DNA of 63,012 nucleotides, the filler included, from Octopus bimaculoides (taxonomy: Eukaryota), in NCBI RefSeq assembly GCF_001194135.2. It is 6 parts of 5 records of this genome, joined end to end, with 100 filler letters (N's around TTAATTAATTAA, not from the genome) between each part and the next. Parts side by side here need not be neighbours in the genome. Positions count along the whole stretch, not along the records: positions 1 to 20,296 come from NC_068981.1; positions 20,397 to 38,578 come from NC_068991.1; 4 more parts are not named here. One strand, written 5' to 3'. This document shows, piece after piece, positions 12,052 through 23,600 of the stretch. Both the position numbers and the translations under genes were made by a program. The notes beneath the pieces are model-generated. The model worked only from the letters and a program-made list of their open reading frames with translations, was not told the origin of the DNA and searched no databases. Numbering within the stretch: position 1 is the stretch's first letter; each line of letters opens with the position of its first letter.

Positions 12052-12340
12052 ACTAGCAAATTCACCCCCCTCTCATCCATTGGACGGTTTGTATAGGTGA
12101 AGAGGGTTAACTTGGACGGTGTTATGGAAGTTTTAATCATCTGATGGACAGGCCATAAGGATTACAAAAATAGTGATTCTCACTTTGAAACTAACAATTT
12201 TGAAAGTCTTTGTAGATTACAGAATGCCCCACCCTCTCATGTATCCATGTTCAAAATTTTAGCGTGATCGGATGAACAATACTAGATTTATAAACACACA
12301 CAAAAAAAAACAAGACAGACAGAACAGGATTCATATATTA
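12052..12340 (-). mobile_element. Non-autonomous Helitron-like element, Lep1-like architecture
   Basis: A|CTAG terminus with nearby decayed hairpin TCCATTGGACGG, body AAAATTTTAGCGTGATCGGATGA, GACA microsatellite near the far end; second partial copy at 12812-12990. Confidence 0.55.
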
Positions 12341-12341
12341 A

Positions 12342-12550
12342 ATGAGCTAATGAGGGAGACCTCTACATGGTAGCCAGACCTGGAAGATATAACAAGCAAA
12401 TCTCCCTCAAATCACACCTTACTGTCTTATGTATGTTTATACGTATATATGAGCCAATGAGGGAGACCTCTACATGATAGCTAGACCTGGTAGAAATAGC
12501 AGCCAAATCTCCCTCAAAACACCCTACTGTCTTATGTATGTATATATGTA
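12342..12550. repeat. Tandem duplication of a ~105-bp unit, probably SINE-body derived
   Basis: ATGAGC(T/C)AATGAGGGAGACCTCTACATG...CAAATCTCCCTCAAA...TACTGTCTTATGTATG twice. Confidence 0.85.
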
Positions 12551-12811
12551 TTAACAGTTCTTTGGCTTTTTGCAGTTGATGACTGTTGCCTTCAGTTAGA
12601 TAATCATATTGAGCCCTTTACGTATAGAGAGTGGGGGACAGAGAGAACGAGAGACAGAGAGAGGAAAGAAGAGAGACAGCATAGCGATAGTTTTGGCTGA
12701 CTGTCATCCTGTACTCCCTTTGTTGCCAGCTAAATGGTATGTGCTGGCTGTCTGAGTAACTCGTTGCTTTTAATGATCAGCACGGCAGAAGAAACAGGAC
12801 AAAAAAGTTAC

Positions 12812-12990
12812 AAAAATGGCGATACTCACTTTGAAACTGACAATTTTGAAAATCTCTTTTAGATTACGGAATGCCCTGCTCTCTCATGTATCCATGTTTA
12901 AAATTTCAGTGCGATTGGATGAACAATACTCCAGTTATAAATGCACAAACAGACAGACAGACAGGCAGAACAGGATTTATATATTATATA
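12812..12990 (-). mobile_element. Second partial copy of the Helitron-like element
   Basis: High similarity to 12163-12335; (GACA)n tract. Confidence 0.6.
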
Positions 12991-12991
12991 T

Positions 12992-12992
<1 letters not shown>

Positions 12993-13024
<32 letters not shown>

Positions 13025-13798
13025 GTTTAATGTCCGCTTTCCATGCTAGCATGGGTTTGACGATTTGACTGAGGACTGGCGAACCAGATGGCTGCACCAG
13101 GTTCCAGTCTGATCTGGCACAGTTTCTAACAGCTGGATGCCCTTCCTAATGTCAACCACTCCAAGAGTGTAGTGGGTGCTTTTACGTGCCAGTCAGACGG
13201 TATGGCAAAGGCTATACCCAAAATGGTGATTTTTACATGCTACCTGCACAGGAACCAGTCCAGTGGCACTGTCAACGACCTCGCTCGAATGTTTTTTCAC
13301 ATGCCAGTAAGGCAATGCTGGTAACGATCATGCTCAAATGGTGTTTTTATGTGCCACCAGCACGGAAGCCGGACAGATGCTCTGGCAATGATCATGCTCA
13401 GATGGTGCTGTTAGCGCTCCACTGGCACAGGTGCCAGTCATCAAATTTGGTTCAATTACGATTTTACTTGCCCCAACAGGTCTTCGCAAGCAGAGTTTAG
13501 TATCCAATGAAGGAAAGGTACGCATAAGTGGGCTGGCTATACCCCTGGTAAAGGCTATGGATTATGGTCTCACTTGGCTTGTCAGGTCTTCTCATGTACA
13601 GCATATTTCCAAAGGTCTGAGTCACTAGTCATTACCTCGGTGAGGCTTAATGTTTGAAGGTCGTGCTTGACCACCTCATCCCCGGTCTTTCTGGGTCTAC
13701 CTCTTCCACAGGTTCCCTCAACTGCTGTGGCACTTTTTCACACACCTATCCTCATCCATTCTCACCACATGACCATACCAGCGCAATCGTCTCTCTTG

Positions 13799-13800
<2 letters not shown>
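12993..13800 (-). mobile_element. RTE LINE 3' end: ORF C-terminus, 3' UTR and (GAT)n tail
   Basis: VQERRLRWYGHVVRMDEDRCVKKC; same UTR motifs as 9189-11110. Confidence 0.85.
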
Positions 13801-13837
<37 letters not shown>

Positions 13838-13855
13838 TAGCAATGCACCCACCCT

Positions 13856-13930
13856 TGGTTCCAGAAATTCTGAGCCTAGAAGATGAGCCTGCAAACCATG
13901 GCAGAACAAAATCCCATCATAATTATGACC
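13856..13930 (+). mobile_element. Short mariner fragment, same family
   Basis: TGGTTCCAGAAATTCTGAGCCTAGAAGATGAGCCT and AAAATCCCATCATAATT match 62034-62075 and 62124-62141. Confidence 0.7.
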
Positions 13931-14249
13931 TACAGCCACATTGTATTATTTGTTTCTTTCTTATGGACAAAATAGGTATACGAGGAGTGTGAAGGAAACA
14001 GCTCTTCTTTATAAATATATTTCAGTAATTTTGTGATGAATAATGCTGAAATTGTTGACACCAAAAACATGCAGAATGGTAGCTTAGTTTAGAATTGCTT
14101 CCAAAATGACCTAGACTTATGGATGTAAAGAATTGGATGATGTATGAGGACGTAGGGGTATCTGTATTGCAGAAAGTAAGGTACATGGAAAGAAAGGTGC
14201 TTCATTGTGAAAAGCACCTTCTTTGTAATGTTTGGACAAACTGCAGACT

Positions 14250-15440
14250 TCAACATTTGTTAAGTGAAGCTGACAATGCTCCTGGGTAAACTATGTTTTG
14301 TGTAAGTCCAGTGTTGATAGAATAAATAGACAAGTCATCTACACTGCTAACTTGTAAGCATGCGACATATAGTTGTCCACGAGAAAAGCAGGGTATTTAT
14401 AAGTTGAGACCAACAATTTTGACCCTGGGCTTTGTTGTTTGTCATAGCGTAGCACAATCGCACTGGGAACTGGAGGCGCTTGAATTTGACATGGCACATT
14501 TGAGAGAATAAGGGACATGCGTGGAATGTATGCAATCTCTCCTCAATGGCAGCCAGCAATAATGGTGGCTTCTAGGACATGACTTGTCATTGTAGTTACA
14601 GTCAATCTTGTACTATTGCATAGTTGTGGTGGGTCCAAATTCCTGTAGTGCATGATAGGTGCGCTTTTCTTTAGGAACAACTTATGCAGTGGCTGTCCTG
14701 TGAGTTGTAGAGAGTTGACAAATTTAACTAGATACTTAACAGTGGCATGTTCATCAATGGTAGTATCAATGGAGACAAACATTGAAGCATCTCCAGGTAG
14801 AATGTGGAGACGTTCATGCTTTACTTTATCAATGCTTTCATTCCAAGGTTTTAAAATAGCTCTCTCTGTGAATCATGCTACGTTTTTGAAGCTGTCTTGC
14901 AATGTAGGAAATACCTTTCCGTTAAGCTCAGCCAATGTAGACACCATGTGCTCACATTGCAGTACATTTCCAGTTTGTAGAAGTTGATGAAGGAATTCCT
15001 CAGCCAAGGGGTTGTTGTAGAGATGAGCTCACATATTCTTACTTAATGGAAACTGACGAACAAACCTCCACAGAGGTGAAGACTTCAGACACTTATAGAT
15101 CTCATAGATCTCATCAGGTTGCGTACTCTGTGGTATGACTGGTAATATTTGATGGAAATCCCCTGCAAGGACAACAGTTAAGCCCCCAATGGCAGTGTTG
15201 TTTCTAATATCCCTTACTGACCTATCTAGGACTCCTAGTGCACCATGGTGTGCCAGCTTGCATTCATCCCAGACAATAAGTGTAATTTGGAGCAGAACTT
15301 CTGCTGTCAGTGATTGTTTTGCAATATTGCACATTTGGGCATTGCTGAAGTGAGTTTTCTTGAGCATGAATAGAGGCAGTTTTCCTTGCAGCCCTTCTTT
15401 GTGGAGATAAATTAGAATGTTTTCGTTTTGGTGGCATGGC
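14250..15440 (-). pseudogene. Helitron RepHel remnant: Pif1-like helicase plus short N-terminus, Rep domain deleted
   Basis: LIVWDEC, LAGDFHQILPVI, RNLDPPQLCNSTRL, FKRLQFPVRLCYAMTNNKAQGQ, TQNIVYPGAL; N-terminal MPPKRK fragment joined at about 15350. Confidence 0.9.
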
Positions 15441-16013
15441 TGAAAAGAGTGAATGATTAAGTAACATATAAGATGGAAGACATAACATTTTCAAGTTGTG
15501 TATTGTATAATTTCCTTTTTTAGTAATGAATGAAAAGATGTGGAAAAATTCATATGTCAATTTGTATACCATTATTATAAGAAGAAGCAGTAAACTCTGA
15601 ATGATTTGGCTGTGTTCTATGTTGATAAGTGTAATGCCATTTTGTTAGCTGATATATAGTGGAGTGGATTACTGACTTTATGGAAGTTATTGTTTGTCCA
15701 GGAGTGAAGATGGGGAAACAATTTACATAAAAGTGAAATCACTTTTATGTTCTTAAGAAAAATCATAAACTATGTATTGTTTTGAATAAAATTTTGACCC
15801 TGGGCTTTGTTGTTTATCAAATAGAAATGGGTTAATATAATTTTTCTCAGAAATCATGTTTTTAAAATTATAATTCCCCCCNNNNNNNNNNTGTTTTTCG
15901 AATTTTGTTTTTTATTCATGTGGAAAGATACAGAGATTATGAATGTGGGAAATATAATTTGTTTTTGAAAGTTTAATTTTTCTGAAAGAAATACTGAATG
16001 CCCCTTCTCCCAC

Positions 16014-16274
16014 CTTGGCCACTCATCAGCTATCTGCTTTCTTGTGAAATGCAAATCTTCTGTATGGAAAACATAGGAATGTGAGTAAACTGAGGAAAGA
16101 AATAAGAGTTGGGGGTATACAAATGTCATCTCAGCCATGCTAGAAACAACAGGTAAAGGACAGGATTTCTGAGATAACTTCCTTGTAAGTTTAAATGGAA
16201 GATCAGGTTTTGAAATACGCTCATCACAAACAGGAATGACAGAATAGGAAAAGGTGATTTCTATAAGATTTGAG
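16014..16274 (-). CDS. Probable internal exon (phase 2 to 2) of an unidentified host gene
   Basis: T-rich acceptor ...TTAAATTGCAG, 261-nt open frame SNLIEITFSYSVIPVC...KSCPLP...HFTRKQIADEWP, donor AG|GTGGGA (alternative TCA|GTATTT at 15995); non-repetitive sequence. Confidence 0.62.
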
Positions 16275-17262
16275 CTGCAATTTAATGCACAACAAAAAAA
16301 AAAAGAATCATAATTCAAACAGAATTTTAACTGTATGTGTGTGTGAAAGGAAGTTATTTTTGCATACCTTTCTTAATTCCAAAAGAAGGAAATGTAGTGA
16401 AGTTGTAATATGTTGACAGCATAAGGTCTCCATACATTATAATGATATATCGAAAGAGAGAGATAATGCCTAATTCTACGCACGCGTGAAACATGGGATG
16501 AAAATGAAAATGACCTGAAAATAGCAACCCTATCTCATTTGTGGGGTTCTCAGCGTCACTTTCTCTCCTCCTTTCCCCCTGTCTTTGTGCTGTCTTTATT
16601 TCATGTAGAACATACACACAGTATCAACGTTCTGTCAGCTTTCTTTCACTTCCAACTATAGAACATGCATAGGGTATGAAACATCAGCATTTCTCTCTCA
16701 CCTGCTATCCCTGTCTTTCATCTCCTATAGAAGCTTGTTTTCCATCTCTGTTTCTTTCTCTTATCTCTCTGTCTTTTTCTCATTCCATGTTTCTTTCACT
16801 TATTCCATAAAAGTTTATTTGTTTCTGCTTTGAAGAGAGCAGAAATTTAAAGAAAAGAGAAAATGAAATGAGGAGAGAACAGAAAATGAAGGAGATGCTG
16901 AAGTGAAAGATGTATGTGTGTGTGTGTGTATAAAATGGGCATGTATGTATGTGCATGTGCATGCAAGAGAGAGATAGAGTGAGTGAATGATGGTGTGTGA
17001 CGTGATGATGGATGTCTCTTAAGGTATACATTCATATCGAAAATGTGACGTCATGGCCGTTGTCATATAAAATGTTTATGATAGTTGACTTATGGAAAAG
17101 ATTATAGCATTAAATGTTTGTAATGCAAATATGTGAGTGAAAATAAAGTTTAGTTGGTAGTAGAAATGGTACTGAATCTTTTGATATTCCATATGTCAAA
17201 ATCGGTAACTTAGTTTTGGAATGCATAAGGAACATACGCACACACTTATACAAACTCTCTTT

Positions 17263-17305
<43 letters not shown>

Positions 17306-17346
17306 GATTGGGTGTTCGTATGTGCATGTGTGTATTTATTTATGTA

Positions 17347-17405
<59 letters not shown>

Positions 17406-17867
17406 GTGTGCGTATCTATTTGTATGTATGCCTATGTGTGTATATATATATATATATTTGTATTTGTGTGTATGAGTATATGTATACGTATGTGTAGGTT
17501 GAAGTATATTTATATGGATATGCATGTATTTATGTGAATATATGCACATGTATTTCATATGTATATGTATATAGCTATTTATACATTTATTTTATATATG
17601 TGTGTATGTGTTGCATAAAGTAAAGGAAATCCATTACTGTTTTATTTAAACTTTTTCGACCCATGGGTTCAAAATTTTTAAAACAGACTTACATTTATAT
17701 TAATTAATTATTCATTTATTTACCATTAATTAATCTACTTTGGACATACATGATTTCTTTTTGACTCAAGATATTTTTCCAACTCAAGATTTTCTTCGAT
17801 TTTATATAACATGATATTTATGTATTTTTATTTTCTATTTGTATATTTATTGTCTCAACTTGCATAC

Positions 17868-17988
17868 TTCTGAAAGACCATTAGTGAAAACCAATCAAAC
17901 TGAAATGTGTGTCTGTCAATTTGAATCACATCAAAATATCCATTATACGTACAATCGCAATTTTTATTCCATTCTTGATCACAACTGC
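17868..17988 (-). CDS. Probable internal exon (phase 1 to 2) of the same gene
   Basis: Acceptor TATTCATGTTTCTGTTCATCAG, open frame GSCDQEWNKNCDCTYNGYFDVIQIDRHTFQFDWFSLMVFQ, donor AA|GTATGC; phase matches both neighbours. Confidence 0.68.
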
Positions 17989-18059
17989 CTGATGAACAGA
18001 AACATGAATAGCAATTTTTTGTGATATTTCTGTAATGTTTTTACAGCTTTAATGATAAA

Positions 18060-18114
<55 letters not shown>

Positions 18115-18121
18115 TATATAT

Positions 18122-18163
<42 letters not shown>

Positions 18164-19267
18164 GTATGTATATGTACATATGTATGTGTGTATATGCTTG
18201 TGTCCCCTTGTCTTAACACTGCATGATTCTTGTAAACATCCTGTGAAAATATGGTAAGGTTTCAAATATAGAAGTAAAAATTTTATTGTTAATTTTCACT
18301 TAGAAAAGAACATATATTCTTTAAGATTTTTATACCACAGGAAAAGAATTCGTCATTAATACAATATGGTCAATGCTGAATCTGGCCATGATATGGTGAA
18401 AAAGTGCAAAGTCAATAAAGAGGGTGGTATACTGATGCTACTTGCCAAACTGACGTTTTTGCATGCTTCAAGAGATCAAACAAAACACAAATCCAAGGCT
18501 TCGGTTATTGAGTTTGGGCCAGAATTTCAAGAAATGGTTGAACTAATTATAAAGTTAACATATTTCTATAACAAAAATGTATTTAATTGTGCTACAAGTC
18601 TTCTAGAGACCAAACTTATCATGAAATAGTTATATGGAGAATGTTGTTTATTCCCTCTTGCTGTTTTAATGTGTCCAAATTTTACCTGGTGGATAGTCTT
18701 ATACATGTAAATTAAATTTTTTTTTGAGAAATATTGGTCAAATTTCACCAAGAAAAATCATATTGTGCAATGAATATAATTTTGGAGGCCATTAGAGTCA
18801 GATGTTATGTTTTTTTTTCCGATTTTGAATACAGTCAGGATAATTTGTAGCAGTGTTTACATATTTGTTTTGGATTTTTTTTTGTCTCTCTCTTACTAAC
18901 AGTTTTGCTGTAAGTTACAGATGTTTTCGATGTCTTTAATTTATGTTTTTAATGCTTAGAGCAAGGAATTAGTTTTCGATTAAGCCTGTTAAATCTCTTT
19001 TTAGCCCTTTTAATATTAATCTGCCCTGGTTCTTTTATTGCAACTTCCTGTTTTAAAGTGACTTAAATTTAAACCTTCCATCAAAATTTCGTATTAATTT
19101 ATGTTAAAGATAAAGTTATTTTGTAAAGTTCTTCATTATTTTCAAAATCCATTGTGTATTTCAGCAGAAATATGGTTACACAAGGATTAAGTTAGAGTTA
19201 AGTGGATCCTCTTCTGTCTTCACATAAATGATAAATATTTGAACTAGATCTCTGGTTCCCAGCCTGT

Positions 19268-19425
19268 CAGTGTAGAAGAGGTTGGTGTTAGGAATGGCAT
19301 CCAACCATAAAAACCATACCAAAACTGACAATGGATCTTGGTGCAGTCCTGTGGCTTGCCAGCTCCTGTCAAACCATCCAATCTATGCTAGCATGGAAGA
19401 CAGACAATAAATGATGATAATGATT
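19268..19425 (+). mobile_element. RTE 3'-tail fragment
   Basis: GGTTGGTGTTAGGAATGGCATCC...ATGCTAGCATGGAA...ATGATGAT. Confidence 0.7.
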
Positions 19426-19879
19426 TTGTTTGTTTTTTTAATTAAGGTCTACATGCAATTCTGAGAAAGATATCAGGTGGTCATGGGATGTTCTTTAAAT
19501 AACATAAAAATTTCCTTAAATCATACACTTTTTCATTTGAAAATATTCTCAATTTTTTCCCCCCTTTTTAACCAAAAGGACTTCTCCCATCATTTTTAAG
19601 TGGGAAGTGCAAAAGAAAAATTAACCAAAATTGTCTGAAAGTGGTGGGGATCATAAATTTTCAAAGATTTCTTTCCATAAAATTCTTATCTCCATTATTT
19701 CAAAGGCTGTAACGCCCCCCCCCCCAACCAAAAAACCCTCATCAAAACAGAGAAAATCCAGTGTATGTAGGAGTCCTGATCTGGAACTCTGCTATTTACA
19801 GCCATTTTTAATGGTCTGTTAAAATTTTATTGAAATAGTATCATGTTCCAAAATCTCAGGATTTTTTAAGTTCTTTTAC

Positions 19880-19945
19880 CGACTACAAATATGCCCAAAC
19901 TCAAGTCCCTGTCGCTTGTACTTTGGGATTTAACTGTGAAATTGA
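19880..19945 (-). CDS. Probable internal exon (phase 1 to 1) of the same gene
   Basis: Acceptor TTTTGTTTTATGTCACAAACAG, open frame xNFTVKSQSTSDRDLSLGIFVV(G), donor G|GTAAAA; the only open frame. Confidence 0.6.
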
Positions 19946-19977
19946 CTGTTTGTGACATAAAACAAAATAGGTTTTAC

Positions 19978-20296
19978 ATCATCATCATCATCATAGTTTA
20001 ACGTCTGCTTTCCATGCTAGCATGGGTTGGACAATTTGATTGAGGACTGGTGAAACCGGATGGCAACACAAGCCTCCAATCTGATTTGGCAGAGTTTCTA
20101 CAGCTGGATGCCCTTCCTAACACCAACCACTCAGAGAGTGTGGTGGGTGCTTTTAGGTGTCACCCGCATGAAAGCCAGTCAGGCGGTACTGGCAACGGCC
20201 ATGCTCAAAATGGTGTATTTTATGTGCCACCCACACAAGAGCCAGTCCAGGGGCACTGACAACGATCTCGCTTGAAAATCCTACGAAGGCCAGTCA
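19978..20296 (-). mobile_element. RTE 3' UTR and tail fragment, runs into a gap
   Basis: (CAT)n, CCATGCTAGCATGGGTTGG, GGATGCCCTTCCTAAC. Confidence 0.8.
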
Positions 20297-20435
20297 NNNN
20301 NNNNNNNNNNNNNNNNNNNNNNNNNNNNNNNNNNNNNNNNTTAATTAATTAANNNNNNNNNNNNNNNNNNNNNNNNNNNNNNNNNNNNNNNNNNNNCATA
20401 TACACACACACATGTATACTGAAAGATTTTCAGAC

Positions 20436-20649
20436 AAGGCGGCGAGCTGGCAGAAACGTTAGCACGCCGGGCGAAATGCTTAGCGGTATTTCGTCTGCCA
20501 TTACGTTCTGAGTTCAAATTCCGCCGAGGTCGACTTTGCCTTTCATCTATTCGAGGTCGATAAATTAAGTACTAGTTGCGTACTGGGGTCGATCTAATCG
20601 ACTGGCACCCTCCCCCAAAATTTCAGGCCTTGTGCCTTGAGTAGAAAAG
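20436..20649 (+). mobile_element. tRNA-derived SINE family B, young copy
   Basis: A-box GGCGAGCTGGCAGAA, B-box GAGTTCAAATTCC, perfect 15-bp TSD GAAAGATTTTCAGAC (20421-20435 / 20650-20664). Confidence 0.9.
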
Positions 20650-20751
20650 GAAAGATTTTCAGACGATTAAAGACATATTTATTCTTGAACGTTAACCATC
20701 TGGTAATCGTAGTCTTTACTATTTCTTTGTTCGCATGTATACATGTACATA

Positions 20752-22265
20752 AACAGAGTAGATGGAAAGTAACTAGGCATTAGAAATTGCTTTTAGAATT
20801 TTTAGTATCACAGAAGTCATGACGAAATCAGACAACACTAATGGGGATTTCTTATTTTTTTATTGTCTTACTTCTTATTTCTTATTTTCCTGATGGCTGG
20901 TTGCTTGACTGTTCAGGAGCGAGCTAAGATAGCAGCACGCTATGAAGCGTGGAATTCTTTTGTTTTGGTTGAGAGATGGTGGCGTGCATAGAAAGGTAAG
21001 CATAAGACACTACGTCTGGAGACAATTAAAAGTTGTCATGCAGAACTGATGACCACGGGCTCTGTGAAGGATGCAAGAAGTGGCTGTCAAAGCACATCCC
21101 GAGAGCGTAGCAAGAATGTAGGAAATGTTTAATCACATCCCGCAAAAACCAACACGTCAACCAGCTCGTGAAAGTGGACTAAAAAGATACACAATACGTA
21201 CGGTATTGCATAAAGAATTGAATTTTTGTCCGTGGAAACCCCATTATATGCAGGAGATAAAACCAGAAGTCCAGAAGTCAAAATCTCACTCCATATGATT
21301 TTTATATGATTGACAATAACATTCCCAAGGACAATTATCCCAGAGGATAAACAACCTCTTAGGACAATTACTCGCTAGGATAATTACTGCTAAGCAGTTA
21401 ACCCTCGATGTGCACCGTATTTTCCGGTGTATAAGCTGCAAATTTTACTGATTACTTTGAAGATACATACTTAGGACGACCAGATCGAAGAGGAAGACGG
21501 CGAAAACCAGTGTTTGGACTGGATTTATGGAATATATACAACAGAACTTCGGATGAATTCCCAAGAACAAACAATGCTGTGGAAGGGTGGCACAGGAGTT
21601 ATTTTTTCTTATTAAATGCTGATTGTTACCATCCAAACATTCGAAGGTTTTTAAAATAAATCAAAAGAGAGCAAGCATTATAACAAGTAATTATGGCGCA
21701 ATCCTTGACGGGTTTTGCTAAACAGTTATCTAGGAAGAAATATTGAAATGTCTCAGTCCGTATTAATGCCGCAGACAGCAATTATGAAAGCATAAATGTG
21801 ATACAATACTTGCGAGGAATCGCGTATAATTTGCACTTTTAGATGATGATTTAAAACTTCTTAATATATTGTAGAAGGGTAATTAACCAATGGGGGTAAT
21901 TGTCCCAGGGGAAGTTGTCGTCAGGGGGAATTGTCTTCTGGAGGTATTTGTCCTAGGGGTAATTGTCTTGATACGCACAAAAGCGGTGTACAAGACAAAA
22001 CCTCGCACATTGCAGGACGTGGAGACACGGCTTCGGGAGGTTCTCAATGATATCCCAGAAGACGCGCTTCAGAAGGTTATTCATTCATTTTTGGCCGTTT
22101 GAAGAAACTAGTTGACGCCACCGGTGCTTACGTTGAAATATGAAGATTTACTTTCATTTTCCCATGTAATAAAGAACATGTAACATTTGTTTCAATAAAT
22201 TTGTAAAACGAAAATGGATTTTATTACCAATGTTTAATGCCTAGTTACTTTTCACCCACCCTTTA
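20752..22265 (+). mobile_element. Tc1/mariner-superfamily element with DUF4817-type N-terminus, deleted and interrupted
   Basis: TIR core AAAGTAACTAGGCATT at both ends with TA flanks; MAGCLTVQERAKIAARYE, LHKELNFCPWKPH, RSQNLTPYDF, AVYKTKPRTL...KKLVDATGAYVEI*. Confidence 0.8.
21320..21974 (+). mobile_element. MULE (Mutator-like) deletion derivative nested in the Tc1/mariner element
   Basis: Inverted subterminal repeats GGACAATTA / TAATTGTCC; LWNIYNRTSDEFPRTNNAVEGWH and YLRGIAYN motifs. Confidence 0.75.
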
Positions 22266-22523
22266 TATTTTTTATATCAAACCCAAAGAATTTTATCTGT
22301 TTATTTGCATCATTGTCTCCATATCTGCTCTCTTGGATTTACCTTACAGACACTATTTACTCCGCCAACTGGGTTTTCGGTAAAGATTTCGAAGTTCAAA
22401 TCTTTTGAGCGCTTTTGTTTTCTATATAGTGTTTCTCTCGATTTNNNNNNNNNNATAATATTTTTTTATATTTCACTATTGAAACCTAGAAAGATTTCAT
22501 ATAACTACATGATTTCTATATTT

Positions 22524-22559
<36 letters not shown>

Positions 22560-22679
22560 TATATATATATTTTATGATGTAATTACATAAAATATTTCTA
22601 TACATCCTCCTATATTTATGTATATATCTATATATACATACGTATGGATGTATATATACCTGTATCCAGTTGTATTTGA

Positions 22680-22940
22680 ATATCATAAATATCTTAGTTT
22701 TCCAAATTTAGTATTTTGGTTTAGCGATTGTAGAAGTCTTAGTGAAGGAAAATAACTTCCACTTTACGTTTTAACAGATAATTCTTTTCTTTTCAGTTCG
22801 CAGATATTTTCAGAAAGCGATGTGCCTTTATTTCTGTTTTTATTCCTTTGTATATGTCTACACTTATATTATCTCATTTTAACTATATTCGAAGACCTCT
22901 CTGTATCCCACTATGATTTTCCTTTATTTTATCGTTATTT
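22680..22940 (-). mobile_element. Possible Penelope-like GIY-YIG remnant
   Basis: Decayed NKGTSLSENICELKRK resembles the T-x-LS-x-x-IW-x-LK block; heavily mutated. Confidence 0.4.
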
Positions 22941-23329
22941 CTTTCAAATATCTTGACGTTCCCATTTTCAGGTTTAAGAAGCATTATTAGGTTTCATTGT
23001 ATGAAGCCTAACAATTGTTATTTAGTTGTTGCTTACTCCTGTTCCACCCACCTGAATACGCATCCGTGTATAGTGCGTCTGTCCATTTTTTTTTCTTTCC
23101 TAAATGAATTATATCCGGGTTTCCCTGTCTCTGTCTTCTTTGTTCTGTGTTGACACGATAAAGTGTGATTAGAGGGATATTTATCTGTTATTTCTCATAG
23201 GTTGTGTGATTACGGAAAGGCTCACAAGCGGGTTTGGACAACTAAATTTATCGTACTGGCCAGCTGCGAGATTCATTTTAGACAGTTTGGAATTAATTAA
23301 AATTTATTCGACATTAAACGTACTTATTT

Positions 23330-23600
23330 CTTAAGCTCCACCTCTCTGTGGGCATGGCCTTTGCCGACCTATTTCTACTGCTTTTGACTTTGGCTTATCT
23401 TTTCCGCTCCTCACAAGTTTGAGGCCAAGTTTTTTCAACAGTGCCTCAGTATCAAGCCCCCCAGCTATTTTTAGGGCGCCCTCTTTTCACCTTTCTCATA
23501 TGTTCCAGGCCAGGCTCTGATGTGTAATGCAAAATGCCGGTTTCCTTAATGTGTATCCTATCCTACCTCACATACGCTTCAGGATCTATTCTTTCACCGT
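23330..23600 (-). mobile_element. RTE LINE C-terminal fragment, different family
   Basis: IGYTLRKP...ITHQSLAW...KRGRPKNSW. Confidence 0.7.

Noticed and set aside
14194-14220. Hairpin as the Helitron 3' terminus
   Set aside because: No CTRR end at the expected distance, so the terminus is not assigned
20341-20352. TTAATTAATTAA inside N-runs (also 38623, 41942, 45478, 55643)
   Set aside because: An identical 12-mer centred in gaps; this is a scaffolding or six-frame-stop linker, not biology
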